Origin: a virus | Taxonomy: Duplodnaviria; Caudoviricetes | Length of the DNA: 64,000 nucleotides | Virus record (IMG/VR): IMGVR_UViG_3300031801_001562 | Reading direction: 5' to 3' (one strand) | Shown here: in pieces, positions 10,029 to 19,535 of the stretch | Layout of the letters: every line of letters starts with the position of its first letter | How positions within the stretch are numbered: position 1 is the stretch's first letter | Position numbers and translations under genes: made by a program | The notes under the pieces: generated by a model | The model's input: the letters and a program-made list of their open reading frames with translations, nothing else | What the model was told of the DNA's origin: nothing | Database searches by the model: none

Positions 10029-10592
10029 ATGAATACAGATATCTTTTTATCGAAAATTGACGGTGAAAAAGGTTTAGCTCCTTTAAATAGATTTGTAGCA
10101 AGGTTTAAGATGCCGAGCATGGTCGCGGTCGGTGAAACTGAAATATTATCTTATCTGTGTGATTCCGCCCCGATGCCAGGAAGAACAATAGCGACTTCAG
10201 AATTAAGACATTATGGTCCGACTCGAAAACTAGCAAGAGAAGCAACTTATCCGGAACTCCAATTAGGATTTATATTAACAAACGCTATGTCGGCAAGAAA
10301 AACGTTTTTAAATTGGATGGATTATATAATTGATCCAGAATCAGCAAATATTCAATATCAGGATGAATATAAAGGGCAAGTTGATATATTAATGTTTGAT
10401 CAATACTCGGAATCTGCTACGCAAGATGCAATTGCTGTTGCTCAATATTTAGAGGCCTTCCCAACCAATGTTGATCCTATTAGTTTGGGTTGGGATCAAA
10501 TGAATCAAGTAGGAAAATTTAGTGTGAATTTTCAATATAAAAGATGGATAGACGGAAGACAGAAAGCGACGGATGATAGTCCATCTCACTGA
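10029..10592 (+). CDS. gp54: Tail tube initiator / gp54-like (gp19 tube fold)
   Basis: LCDSAPMPGRTIAT.E.R.YGP.R..., F..WMD.I, Y..EY...V.I, EAFP..V..I.L.W...N....F.V.F.Y..W. Confidence 0.72.
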   Translation: MNTDIFLSKIDGEKGLAPLNRFVARFKMPSMVAVGETEILSYLCDSAPMPGRTIATSELRHYGPTRKLAREATYPELQLGFILTNAMSARKTFLNWMDYIIDPESANIQYQDEYKGQVDILMFDQYSESATQDAIAVAQYLEAFPTNVDPISLGWDQMNQVGKFSVNFQYKRWIDGRQKATDDSPSH

Positions 10593-10619
10593 TTAATTAA
10601 TTTTTAATATGGAGATATT

Positions 10620-11330
10620 ATGGCTTTACCAAGTGTGGGTAATCCTACCTATGAACTTAAATTACATAGTGTAGATCACAAAATAAAATATAGACCTTTT
10701 CTAGTTAAAGAAGAAAAGATTTTACTAACGGCTCTTGAAGGCGGTGAAACAGCGGACATCGTGAGAGCCACAAAAGAAATTATCAGTAATTGTTGTCTTG
10801 ATGATAGTATTGATATTCAAAAACTTCCTGCTTTTGATATTGAATTATTTTTTCTAAATTTAAGAGCTCGTTCAGTTGGAGAAACTGTTGAAATCAGCAT
10901 GAGTTGTCAAACCAAAGATTGTGACGAATCTACTCCAATTAAAGTTAATCTTGAGAAAATTGGTTTGGAGATCAGCAAAGATCATACGGATGTAATAAGA
11001 CTTACTAATAAAATAAAAGTTAAATTAAAATATCCTGATATTGATAGAATGACAAGACCGCCTGAAGAATCACAAATGGATTCTATTTTTGAAATCACCA
11101 AAGCATGTATAGAATCTATTTGGGACGGTGACGAAATACATGATATAAGAGATTATACAGAACAAGAATTAGAAGATTTTATAATGTCTTTAAATCAACA
11201 ACAATTCGGGAAACTAATTGGTTATTTTAATACCATGCCCAAGTTAAAACATAAGGTAGAATTTACTTGTCCAAAATGTGGCAGTAAACAAGAGTCAGTC
11301 CTGGAGGGGCTGCAAAGTTTTTTCGGTTAG
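10620..11330 (+). CDS. gp26: Baseplate hub assembly protein gp26
   Basis: MALPSVGNPTYELKL...IKYRPFLVKEEKILL...FDIELFFLNLRARSVGE...MPKLKH...CPKC...LEGLQSFF. Confidence 0.9.
   Translation: MALPSVGNPTYELKLHSVDHKIKYRPFLVKEEKILLTALEGGETADIVRATKEIISNCCLDDSIDIQKLPAFDIELFFLNLRARSVGETVEISMSCQTKDCDESTPIKVNLEKIGLEISKDHTDVIRLTNKIKVKLKYPDIDRMTRPPEESQMDSIFEITKACIESIWDGDEIHDIRDYTEQELEDFIMSLNQQQFGKLIGYFNTMPKLKHKVEFTCPKCGSKQESVLEGLQSFFG
11318..11324 (+). promoter_or_regulatory. Candidate -1 ribosomal frameshift slippery heptamer T TTT TTC at the end of gp26
   Basis: gp26 ends AGT TTT TTC GGT TAG, so the X XXY YYZ heptamer is in the correct phase. The -1 frame reads CGG TTA GCG CTC GGC CAT... into the gp51-like ORF. 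Confidence 0.6.
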
Positions 11331-11524
11331 CGCTCGGCCATAATAATTTACATAATTATTATAAAACTCTATTCGCGGTTGTACAAGGTCATAAGTGGAG
11401 TTTAACCGAGCTAGAAAATTTAATTTGTTATGAAAGAGAAATATATCTCACATTATTAATAGAACATATTGAAGAAGAAAATGAAAGAATGGAAAAGGAA
11501 GCCAATAAAATGAGAAATAGTTAA
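11324..11524 (+). CDS. gp51: gp51-like small baseplate assembly chaperone segment with no start codon of its own
   Basis: Hand translation RLALGHNNLHNYYKTLFAVVQGHKWSLTELENLICYEREIYLTLLIEHIEEEN...RNS* resembles the short gp51 of marine T4-like phages. No ATG/GTG/TTG lies between the in-frame TAA at 11285 and the conserved body. Confidence 0.78.
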   Translation, partial: RLALGHNNLHNYYKTLFAVVQGHKWSLTELENLICYEREIYLTLLIEHIEEENERMEKEANKMRNS

Positions 11525-11535
11525 AAGGAAATTAA

Positions 11536-13836
11536 ATGGCTGAAGAAAAAGTAACTGTAAAAGGAACCACTAAAACCGATCCGGCAGAAATGTCTGCCCG
11601 ACAAAAATGGCAAGCTAACATGTCTGCTCAGCTGGGCGAACAGACTGCGGGCCAAACGCAGTTTGCAGATACTATGAAAAACATGATGGGGGGTTTTAAG
11701 ACCGATGAAGCGCTAGCGCAGCAGACTAAAATGTCCGGTTTGCTTACGAGTGTTAAAACTGCATCGTTTAAGACAGCAAATTTATTAGAAGGTTATATTG
11801 ACTTCATGAAAGATGCTGAACGCAAACGATTAGAAGCCGCAATGGAAGCCGCGCGTCTAAAAGATAAAGATAAAGACAAAGGTGGTCCAGCAATTGAAAA
11901 AGCCAAAGAATCGGAATTTGGTTTAGGTGGACTTGCTGCTGGATTAGCAGCCGCCTTAGGTGCAGGAATACTTGCATTTAAAGAAAAATGGGGAAACATG
12001 TTCTCTCTTTTTGGAAATGACCTTGATGAATTTGGTAAGCCAAAAGCGAGTTTCTTTTCGAAGATAAAAAAATTCCTTGGTTTTGGTGATGATGCTGCAG
12101 ATATTAAAAATCTTGGTAAGGCGAAAGTAGGCTTTTTTGCTAAACTAGGATCATGGCTTGGCTTTAAAACATCACTTCCAAAAGATCTCGCAAAGAGCAA
12201 AACTAGCTTTGTTGATGATATAGCAAAATTTTTTAGATTTGATAAAGATGTCCCCGGAAACCTGCTGAAGAACCAAAAGAAATTCATGGCCTCTCACGCG
12301 GCTATGTTAAATTGGGCAAAAGGCACTGAAAAAATGTCTGATGTGGGCAAATCAAAGTTCTTTAAAACTCAAGCAAATATGTTAAAGTGGCTAGATAAAG
12401 CTGAAGGTTTAAGCGACGCGAAAAAAGCTAGCTTTTTGAAAAAACAATCTAAAATGTTAGAGTGGGTAGCAAAAAATACTAAGGGTATAGATGCGAGCAA
12501 ATTAAAGTTTATAAAAGGCCAATCTAAAATGTTAGAATGGGCTGCCGAAAATATGGACGCATCCAAAAGTCAAAAACTAAAATTCCTCAAAAAGCATGCC
12601 AATATATTAGATATTGGTGATGACATTATGGATAAGTCAAAAATTGCTAAAGGTTCATTTTTTGAAAAACAATTGAAAATGTTGGGTTTATCGCCGGATG
12701 ATGTTGATGGCGTCCGATTGAAAAAAGAAGGTATGTTTTCTAAATTGAAAACTAAAATTTTTCATGTAGGCGATGATATTGTAAAAGGTGTTTCCAACTT
12801 GAAAAATAGTTTCTCTACAAAAATGACCAAATTTTTAACCTTCCCGGCAATAGATGAAGGTAGTAAATTAGGAAAATTTAAAGCTGGATTCTTTACTTCG
12901 ATGGATAATATGTTAGGAACTTTGCTAAAAATTACAAAAGGATTTTTTAAATTAGTAAACGTACTTAGCTTTAATTCTATGGGATTTTTAAACGCGGAAG
13001 CTCTCAAGCACCCAATAGAAACTTTTAAAAAGTTTAAAAATTCGATTGGTGCTGCATTTGGCAAGGAAGGCGCTTTCGGTAAAATTGCTAATACATTTAA
13101 AGCTATAATGGCTCCTTTCGAGACTTGGATGAAACCTATAAAAGGTATTTTAAAAGCAGTGAAGGTAATCGGAAAACTCATAGGTAGGATTTTTATTCCT
13201 ATTGGTTTCTTATTCGCCGCATTTGATGTTATATCAAATGTTATGAAGGGTTATGAAGAAGGAGGTATTACAGGCGCAATAGGAGCCGGTATAGAGTCTA
13301 TATTCGATGATGTATTATTCATTATCCCAAATCTTTTAGGTGAGGCAGTTGCATGGTTATTAAAGAAATTTGGTTTTAAGAATGCTGTAAAATTTATTGA
13401 TGAAAATTTAAGAGATTCAGATGGGAATTTTTCTTTATTTACTGGAATAAAAAATTTATTTAGTTCATTAATGGATGCTGTCAATGAGATATGGACCAAA
13501 GTAATGAAATTTATGAGTATTGATAATATTTTGACAATGATTGGAGCAAAACTTTACAAAAGTAATATGCCAGGTTCTGATGCCATGGCAAATGCGTTAT
13601 TAAGTGAAAAATTTGAGAAGAGAGCTAAACTACGTGCGAAAAGCGAAGAAGATTATCAAAAACTAGTTGAAAGTGAAACTAGACAATCGGATCTGGCAGA
13701 TGCAAGGCGAAAACCATCAAGCGGTAATATACAGGCCAACGATAACAGCGCAACCAGTGTAACAAACAATATCACAAGCTATCAAGCACCATCAACAGAA
13801 GTTAAAAAAGATTCATACTCCAAGAAGAAATCCTAG
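11536..13836 (+). CDS. Tape-measure-like protein (gp29 position)
   Basis: 766 aa, helical K/A/G/F-rich, periodic repeats, hydrophobic Gly-rich stretches; follows gp26/gp51; has an AAGGA RBS. Confidence 0.65.
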   Translation: MAEEKVTVKGTTKTDPAEMSARQKWQANMSAQLGEQTAGQTQFADTMKNMMGGFKTDEALAQQTKMSGLLTSVKTASFKTANLLEGYIDFMKDAERKRLEAAMEAARLKDKDKDKGGPAIEKAKESEFGLGGLAAGLAAALGAGILAFKEKWGNMFSLFGNDLDEFGKPKASFFSKIKKFLGFGDDAADIKNLGKAKVGFFAKLGSWLGFKTSLPKDLAKSKTSFVDDIAKFFRFDKDVPGNLLKNQKKFMASHAAMLNWAKGTEKMSDVGKSKFFKTQANMLKWLDKAEGLSDAKKASFLKKQSKMLEWVAKNTKGIDASKLKFIKGQSKMLEWAAENMDASKSQKLKFLKKHANILDIGDDIMDKSKIAKGSFFEKQLKMLGLSPDDVDGVRLKKEGMFSKLKTKIFHVGDDIVKGVSNLKNSFSTKMTKFLTFPAIDEGSKLGKFKAGFFTSMDNMLGTLLKITKGFFKLVNVLSFNSMGFLNAEALKHPIETFKKFKNSIGAAFGKEGAFGKIANTFKAIMAPFETWMKPIKGILKAVKVIGKLIGRIFIPIGFLFAAFDVISNVMKGYEEGGITGAIGAGIESIFDDVLFIIPNLLGEAVAWLLKKFGFKNAVKFIDENLRDSDGNFSLFTGIKNLFSSLMDAVNEIWTKVMKFMSIDNILTMIGAKLYKSNMPGSDAMANALLSEKFEKRAKLRAKSEEDYQKLVESETRQSDLADARRKPSSGNIQANDNSATSVTNNITSYQAPSTEVKKDSYSKKKS
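12037..12792 (+). repeat. About 10 tandem degenerate 25-aa (75-nt) repeats in the tape-measure-like gene
   Basis: Units such as VGKSKFFKTQANMLKWLDKAEGLSD / AKKASFLKKQSKMLEWVAKNTKGID / ASKLKFIKGQSKMLEWAAENMDASK. At DNA level caatctaaaatgttaga recurs at 12445 and 12520. Confidence 0.8.
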
Positions 13837-13852
13837 TACCAGACTAGGATTT
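13828..13852. terminator. Probable bidirectional intrinsic terminator between the convergent tape-measure-like gene and gp32
   Basis: Perfect 10-bp stem aaatcctagt-accag-actaggattt; on the minus strand it is followed by CTTCTT. Confidence 0.7.
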
Positions 13853-13876
13853 CCTATGGTAGAAATTAAAGAATAA

Positions 13877-14815
13877 TTATTCTTCGTCAGCTAATTTTGC
13901 GAAATAAGAAAGACTATTGGAATCTTCCCCTTCTTTAGATGAACTCTCGTCCAAGCTAGCACGTGCCATCGGTGCGGCCGCTGGTCTACTAACTGCTTCA
14001 GTTGGAGTATAACTAGTTCCTCCATCAAAAGGCATTGTATCAACTGGACCAATTGCAGTTTCTCTTTGCATGCTAGGATCTACTCCACCACCAAGAACCT
14101 TATTAAGTCTTGCTTTAAGATCCTCATAAGATTTAAAATTATCTGGCTTGAGGAAGTCTTGAAGAGAATATTGCTGTTTCCATGTAGTTTCTAGTTTTTC
14201 ATCATCTTTAAATAATGGTGAAGGCGAAGCAAATTCAGCTTTATCGTAATTAGTAAAACCTTCTACTTTACGAATTTTTAATTTAAAATTTGCGCCTTCC
14301 CAAAAATCAAAAGGATTAACAGAAGTCTCATCTTCGAATTGAGGATTCATTTGATCATTGATCTTATCAAATATTTTCTTTCCGAACTTAAACAAAAATG
14401 TTTTACCCTCATTCTCGGGACGCTTTGAATCTTCTATAACCATAATATTTGTATAATAAGTTAAGCGCCTTTTTTGTTTGCGAACAATATCTCTATTAGC
14501 TTCGAGACCGGTATCCCAAAGTTTAGAATTATATTCAGAAACTGGATCTTTATTACCATTAGTAGTAAGACTATTTTCAATATACCAGCCACCTGGTCCT
14601 TGAAAACCGTGATTGAATACACGTACCCATGGAATATCTTCTCCTTCAATTGAGGGAAGAAATCTAATAACAGCATAACCGTTACCAGCTTTATCTAGAT
14701 CTGCTTTCCAGAATCTATCATCTACTCCAATTTGGGGACTGTTAATTTTATTAAGCTCTTCGGAGAGGCGGCTTAATGAGGAACCTCTTTTCTTTTTCAT
14801 ATCTGCAAACGACAT
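13877..14815 (-). CDS. gp32: Single-stranded DNA-binding protein gp32
   Basis: DDRFWK..LDKAGNGYAVIRFLP...PW.RVFNHGFQGPGGWYIENSLTT...DPVSEYN..LW...KRRLTYY.NI; acidic C-terminal tail. Confidence 0.97.
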   Translation of the reverse strand: MSFADMKKKRGSSLSRLSEELNKINSPQIGVDDRFWKADLDKAGNGYAVIRFLPSIEGEDIPWVRVFNHGFQGPGGWYIENSLTTNGNKDPVSEYNSKLWDTGLEANRDIVRKQKRRLTYYTNIMVIEDSKRPENEGKTFLFKFGKKIFDKINDQMNPQFEDETSVNPFDFWEGANFKLKIRKVEGFTNYDKAEFASPSPLFKDDEKLETTWKQQYSLQDFLKPDNFKSYEDLKARLNKVLGGGVDPSMQRETAIGPVDTMPFDGGTSYTPTEAVSRPAAAPMARASLDESSSKEGEDSNSLSYFAKLADEE

Positions 14816-14881
14816 ATTTTTCCTTGTATCTGCTTTGTTTCGATTTTTTCGTTATATCCACGCTGTCATAATATAACTATT

Positions 14882-14910
14882 ATTATAACCTAAATCTTAC
14901 TGAATTTCAA
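14882..14910 (-). promoter_or_regulatory. sigma70-like promoter upstream of gp32
   Basis: TTGAAA-N17-TATAAT on the minus strand, overlapping the gp59 stop. Confidence 0.55.
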
Positions 14911-15493
14911 GTACTTTTTTCAAAGTATCTTTACTGTTATTAAGATTATGGTTAAAGAAAGGTTTATATTTCATACACATTTTGAAGTAGTCCGGCCACA
15001 CTATTGTATCCTGCAACTCTTCATTAAATCTTGGTATGAAATTCAAGATATCATCCAATATAATAAATGTTTCAATATTTATTTTTTTCGCTAAAACATA
15101 ACGAAATATTGGAGGATGTTGACCGTCAACTATTTCAAATAAACTGTCGAAATTCTTAGGGTCATCATCCATGATACTTGTACAATCGGAACGGAAGTTG
15201 TATTGTAAACTTTCAATACGTTTTTTCCATTCTCGATAAGTTGATACACACCTTTCACCAAATGCATCACCTATCCACATATTTATATTACTTGAAAAAT
15301 TAGATACTAAAAAATCTACTAATTCTTCACTATTATATTCTCGAGATAATTTTTTAAAAAAAAATTTCTCTCTTCTTTTATTAAAAGATGATACAGTTAC
15401 ATTACACTTTCCATTGTATTTAAAATAATCATAATCTGATGTAAAATGTAATTTTAAAGCCGTGTAAGTACTATAACATTCAAATTCATTCAT
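14897..15493 (-). CDS. gp59: Helicase loader gp59
   Basis: Y..Y.ALKLHFTS.YDYFKYNGK..V...SF.KR....FF.KLSR...GQHPPI.R..L...I..ET. Confidence 0.9.
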   Translation of the reverse strand: MNEFECYSTYTALKLHFTSDYDYFKYNGKCNVTVSSFNKRREKFFFKKLSREYNSEELVDFLVSNFSSNINMWIGDAFGERCVSTYREWKKRIESLQYNFRSDCTSIMDDDPKNFDSLFEIVDGQHPPIFRYVLAKKINIETFIILDDILNFIPRFNEELQDTIVWPDYFKMCMKYKPFFNHNLNNSKDTLKKVLEIQ

Positions 15494-15675
15494 AATATAA
15501 TTGCAATATAAAGTAAGATTACATTGGTTATAGCTAATTCAACCGCAAGGACTGTATGATACCATACCCATTTTATTTCATATTCCTTATCTCTCTCTAT
15601 ATCGACTTTAGTTTTGCCATCTTGTAATTTAGGTAACCAAATTTTTTCCCAACTTTTTTTAATGCTTTGGAACAT
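15490..15675 (-). CDS. Small hypothetical membrane protein
   Basis: 61 aa with a C-terminal hydrophobic helix; ATGA overlap with gp59. Confidence 0.6.
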   Translation of the reverse strand: MFQSIKKSWEKIWLPKLQDGKTKVDIERDKEYEIKWVWYHTVLAVELAITNVILLYIAIIL

Positions 15676-15685
15676 TTGTTGTCTC

Positions 15686-15934
15686 TCATATTGGTAATTT
15701 AGAAGTTGTTTGAATAAAATTTAAATCTTCTGCTTCCTTTCTCAGCAATCTTTTAAGATCTGTTGAAATTAAAGAAGCAGCTGTTTCATACTCTAATTTA
15801 TTTTGTTCACAATAATGTAATATAGCATCCATTATAGGCATTTTATCTGCTAGATTTTTGACATCTATATTAAATGTTTCAGGTGATAACATCTTAATCA
15901 AATTTTTCTTATCAATATCAATCTTTTTCGCCAT
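15686..15934 (-). CDS. gp33: Late transcription coactivator gp33
   Basis: MDAILHYCEQNKLEYETAASLIS..LK..L..EAEDLNF....SKLPI; start reassigned to the MAKK ATG. Confidence 0.9.
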   Translation of the reverse strand: MAKKIDIDKKNLIKMLSPETFNIDVKNLADKMPIMDAILHYCEQNKLEYETAASLISTDLKRLLRKEAEDLNFIQTTSKLPI

Positions 15935-16388
15935 AATCCCCATCATATTTGTGAAGTGTTTCTGCCTTAGCTATAACTAAATGAGCAAACCGAGTATTAG
16001 GTTTCACTGTAGTTTCACCACCAATATTATACAAAGTCGCTCCTGCATAATCTTTAAATCCTGAATCATATATTGAACTAATAATTAAAACTCCGTTCCT
16101 ATTAAAAGTACTCCTACCGAGAAGAATTGCAATTTCACCTTCTGCTATATCTACATGTTGATTAGACTGAATTTCATAACATGCACCATGATCTAAAACA
16201 TAATTACCATCTTCATCAACCTTTTGTTCTATTGATTTTCTAGGTTCTTTTTTATCTTCATCCATATGCATCGGCCCGGCACCAATCCGATAAACCTTAT
16301 CGATTCGTAAATCAATAGTATTAGGTTGAATCATTTTTTTATCAATATTAGTTACTTCAGTAGAAGCATTCACAGGATGTATAAACAT
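15918..16388 (-). CDS. dCTP deaminase / dUTPase superfamily protein
   Basis: IQPNTIDLR, GRSTFNRNGV, SSIYDSGF, RFAHL, C-terminal KYDGDY. Substrate not resolvable from motifs. Confidence 0.8.
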   Translation of the reverse strand: MFIHPVNASTEVTNIDKKMIQPNTIDLRIDKVYRIGAGPMHMDEDKKEPRKSIEQKVDEDGNYVLDHGACYEIQSNQHVDIAEGEIAILLGRSTFNRNGVLIISSIYDSGFKDYAGATLYNIGGETTVKPNTRFAHLVIAKAETLHKYDGDYGEKD

Positions 16389-16999
16389 TATTCTCCGAAA
16401 TAATAAGGGTTTTCTTTTGTTTTAAATATAAACCCTTGTTCTAGAACATCTGAATTATAATCTAATTTCCAATAAACATTAGGATCTACAGCAGATGCTT
16501 CAGGAAATATAGTTGAAGAAAAAGTAGAATCAGATTTAAATAAAGGACTAATTTCATTACGAAAAACATATATTTGATTTTCATGATATAGCATGCAAGC
16601 AAAAGTTCCATCTACTTCATTTAGATCTTCATTTAATGCTTGATCAAATAACCATTCCGTATCCCAATCACCTTCAAATTTTCCTTCTTTAATAATACCA
16701 TTATGCCACAAAAATGATTTATCTTTTTTAGCTGGATGGATAAATCTACCTGTTGCCAAATCAGTATTATTAACTTCTTTTGATGTTGGTGCTTGTTGAT
16801 GTACTACACAATAATCCCAATTTCCATCTAATAAATCTAAATCTAAAGGCCCGTAAGATTTTGTTTGAGATTTAAGGTCTAGACCATCATCAGTATACAA
16901 AAACTGAGAAACTGAATGAGATTCTTCTCCCCGATATCTATTTAGGTCAACTAATTTTAGTAATTGCTTTTTATCTTTACTTGCAGAAATACTACACAT
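16388..16999 (-). CDS. Class II (Ntn) glutamine amidotransferase, stand-alone
   Basis: N-terminal Met-Cys nucleophile, WHNGII, DTEWL, VDGTFA, RNEISPL; overlaps the queC stop. Confidence 0.8.
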   Translation of the reverse strand: MCSISASKDKKQLLKLVDLNRYRGEESHSVSQFLYTDDGLDLKSQTKSYGPLDLDLLDGNWDYCVVHQQAPTSKEVNNTDLATGRFIHPAKKDKSFLWHNGIIKEGKFEGDWDTEWLFDQALNEDLNEVDGTFACMLYHENQIYVFRNEISPLFKSDSTFSSTIFPEASAVDPNVYWKLDYNSDVLEQGFIFKTKENPYYFGE

Positions 17000-17738
17000 T
17001 CCAGTTTATCTCCTTTTGATATTGTATAGGATCCGGTACTCCTATATTCATAAATGCTTTAATTCGTTCACTACATGAAGGACATGTGCCACAGCTTTTT
17101 CCTTCTACATCGGGATCATAACAAGTTAAAGTATGTTTTAATAAATCAAAATTCCCTAATTCTTTACAAATCTTAAGTTCTTCTGTTTTACTTAATTGAG
17201 AAAAAGGTGCCACAATTTTGGTTTTAAATGTTCTATTTAAGGCTGCCACATTATTAAGAGCATCTACAAAAGCTTGACTAGTATCCCAATAACCATACTC
17301 ATCATGAACCTGTAATCCACAAAAAATAAATTCTGCTTTTACTACCTCTGCAAAAGCACAGGCATTACTTAATAACATCATATTTCTAAATGGAACATAT
17401 GTTACGGGTTGAGGATCTCCTAACACTTCTTTAATGTCAGGCATATCAATATCAGTACCAGATATATTTGCACTAATAGGTTGAACTAGTTCTCCAAAAT
17501 AACCAATATCTAATTGTTTATGTGCTACGCCTAATTCTTGACATAATTCTTTAGCTTTATTACATTCTTCAGCTTGTTTTTGTCCATAATTAAAAGTTAA
17601 TGCAAATACTTTTTCTGGACCATATTGATTAACAAGCATCATTGTAACAATGGAACTATCCATTCCTCCAGATAAAATTACTGCAACATTATCAAAATAA
17701 AATGGAAGTTTTTTTCTCGCTTCTTCTAAATCTGACAT
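16992..17738 (-). CDS. queC: 7-cyano-7-deazaguanine synthase QueC
   Basis: SGGMDS PP-loop, FNYGQKQ..E, TYVPFRN, C-terminal CY...CGTCPSC.ER zinc site; start at a TAATG overlap. Confidence 0.95.
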   Translation of the reverse strand: MSDLEEARKKLPFYFDNVAVILSGGMDSSIVTMMLVNQYGPEKVFALTFNYGQKQAEECNKAKELCQELGVAHKQLDIGYFGELVQPISANISGTDIDMPDIKEVLGDPQPVTYVPFRNMMLLSNACAFAEVVKAEFIFCGLQVHDEYGYWDTSQAFVDALNNVAALNRTFKTKIVAPFSQLSKTEELKICKELGNFDLLKHTLTCYDPDVEGKSCGTCPSCSERIKAFMNIGVPDPIQYQKEINWNV

Positions 17739-17971
17739 TAACTTTTCTCTACAACTTCTATCAATCGCGATAGATACCATTTAGCTTTATTTAAATCTTC
17801 AAGCTGTTTTTCTTTATTTTCATAACCCTTTTCCGTTTTCCTACCAGCTCGTAATATATACTTAACAATATTACCACGATGAAAATTTAAATCAAACGCT
17901 TCTATAACATCAATTGCTTCTAAGTTAGTATTACTTTGATAATGTTCGGGGTCTATTTTATTGGTAACCAT
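17738..17971 (-). CDS. DUF3310-like small protein
   Basis: PEHY....EAIDVI....LNF..GN.VKY..RAG.K.....EDL.KA.WYL. Confidence 0.85.
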   Translation of the reverse strand: MVTNKIDPEHYQSNTNLEAIDVIEAFDLNFHRGNIVKYILRAGRKTEKGYENKEKQLEDLNKAKWYLSRLIEVVEKS

Positions 17972-18818
17972 ATTTATTCCTATCTATCCAATCAGGATAT
18001 TTCCGTTCCGGCCATTCTCCTGTTACTATTTCCCTAAATTTATCTACATTTTTATATAATAAATTAAAATCTATTTCTTCAGGTTGTAAATTATAAACAG
18101 AATCAAAAGAAGATTTTGGTTTATTTAATCTACCCATATTTCCATATATATCCCCATCTAATGCTGCCATAACTGGATTAGATGTATCCACACTATAAAT
18201 CCAATTATAATCTCTATAATGAGAAAATTCTCTTGCCTGCCAAGTTCCTAATAAATGATGCTTGAGATTTAGATCTATAATCTCTTCTTCAACCATCCTT
18301 TTAAGCAATTTAATTCTTTCATTCGCTTGTGTTGTCGGTTCTTTATCTGCCCAAGAATATACAAAAGGAATTCCGATAATATCAAAATGTTTTACCTGCC
18401 CCCCAAACTCTAAACCAAAATCTCTGAATTGTTTATAACAATCTATGAGCTCATCTTGTGTTGCACCTTGAGCAACAGGCATACCTTGACTAATAGTATC
18501 TGGATAACTATTTACAAATTCCATAGTTCTTTGTAAAGTTGTTTCTTTATTTCCTAGAACATCTGGCAATATAACATATTCCGGTTCTATTCGTTGATAC
18601 CATTCATATAACAATTCATTATCTAATGATTCCCCCAATTCAAAACAACTATTATCCAAATATATTATTTCCCCATGATCGGAAAATTCTAATGCTAGGT
18701 TTGCATATTCTTTATCTTCTAAAATTTTATGCAACAAAACGAACATATAATCACTTATAAAATCTTGATGTTCGTCTATTATAGAGAAAGGAATTTCGTG
18801 AGAAATTTTTACATTCAT
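17958..18818 (-). CDS. dpdA: DpdA-like DNA:7-deazaguanine transglycosylase (TGT fold)
   Basis: YLDNSCFELG, ILPDVLG, MPVAQG, HHLLG and SVDTSNP follow the TGT/DpdA motif order; lies between folE and queC. Confidence 0.75.
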   Translation of the reverse strand: MNVKISHEIPFSIIDEHQDFISDYMFVLLHKILEDKEYANLALEFSDHGEIIYLDNSCFELGESLDNELLYEWYQRIEPEYVILPDVLGNKETTLQRTMEFVNSYPDTISQGMPVAQGATQDELIDCYKQFRDFGLEFGGQVKHFDIIGIPFVYSWADKEPTTQANERIKLLKRMVEEEIIDLNLKHHLLGTWQAREFSHYRDYNWIYSVDTSNPVMAALDGDIYGNMGRLNKPKSSFDSVYNLQPEEIDFNLLYKNVDKFREIVTGEWPERKYPDWIDRNKYGYQ

Positions 18819-18824
18819 ATAAGT

Positions 18825-19508
18825 TTAACTCATTAAAGATCTACACCCAGCTAAAAACTCTCTACGACATTCACCGTCTTCGAATTGTCCCGATGCTGAA
18901 AGTGTGGCTGTTGAAGATCGAAGATCTTGTATGCCTCGAGATTTAACACAAAAATGTAGTCCATCAATTTGAACAGCTACGTCTTCTGTTTTAGCAACAA
19001 ATGCAATTGTTGCGCGCACTTGTTCTGTTAATCTTTCTTGAACTTGAGGTCTTTTGGAAAAGAATTGAACTATTCGATTTAATTTTGAAAGTCCTAAAAC
19101 ATAATCATTAGGAATATATGCTACAGATGCTACTCCATCAATAACAATAAAATGATGTTCACAATATGATTGAACATTTATATTTCTTTCAAGAACAAAA
19201 GAACCCCTATAATTCATTGAATTTTTAATTTGTGTACATTTTGGAAATCTGTCATAATCTAAACCCCAAAAAATTTCATTAACATACATTTGAGCAACTC
19301 TTTCTGGAGTATCTCGTAAAGAATCATCTTTAAGATCTAAACCTAATTCAAACATAATATTTTTAACATTGTTTTGAATCTTTTCAATAGCTTCTTCAGA
19401 ATTAAATTCATCTCGAACTCGTGACATGGGTGTTTCTAATCCTAAAGAAAGTAAATGCTCATTCACTTTTCGACCCAACTCTGGATCGCATTTTCTACGT
19501 ACTTCCAT
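18825..19508 (-). CDS. folE: GTP cyclohydrolase I
   Basis: DDSLRDTPERVA.MY..E.F.GL, SYCEHH, GLSKLNR.V.FF..RPQVQERLT, HFCVKSRG. Confidence 0.97.
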   Translation of the reverse strand: MEVRRKCDPELGRKVNEHLLSLGLETPMSRVRDEFNSEEAIEKIQNNVKNIMFELGLDLKDDSLRDTPERVAQMYVNEIFWGLDYDRFPKCTQIKNSMNYRGSFVLERNINVQSYCEHHFIVIDGVASVAYIPNDYVLGLSKLNRIVQFFSKRPQVQERLTEQVRATIAFVAKTEDVAVQIDGLHFCVKSRGIQDLRSSTATLSASGQFEDGECRREFLAGCRSLMS

Positions 19509-19535
19509 TTTCTCCTTTGTTTAATTTATTATTAT

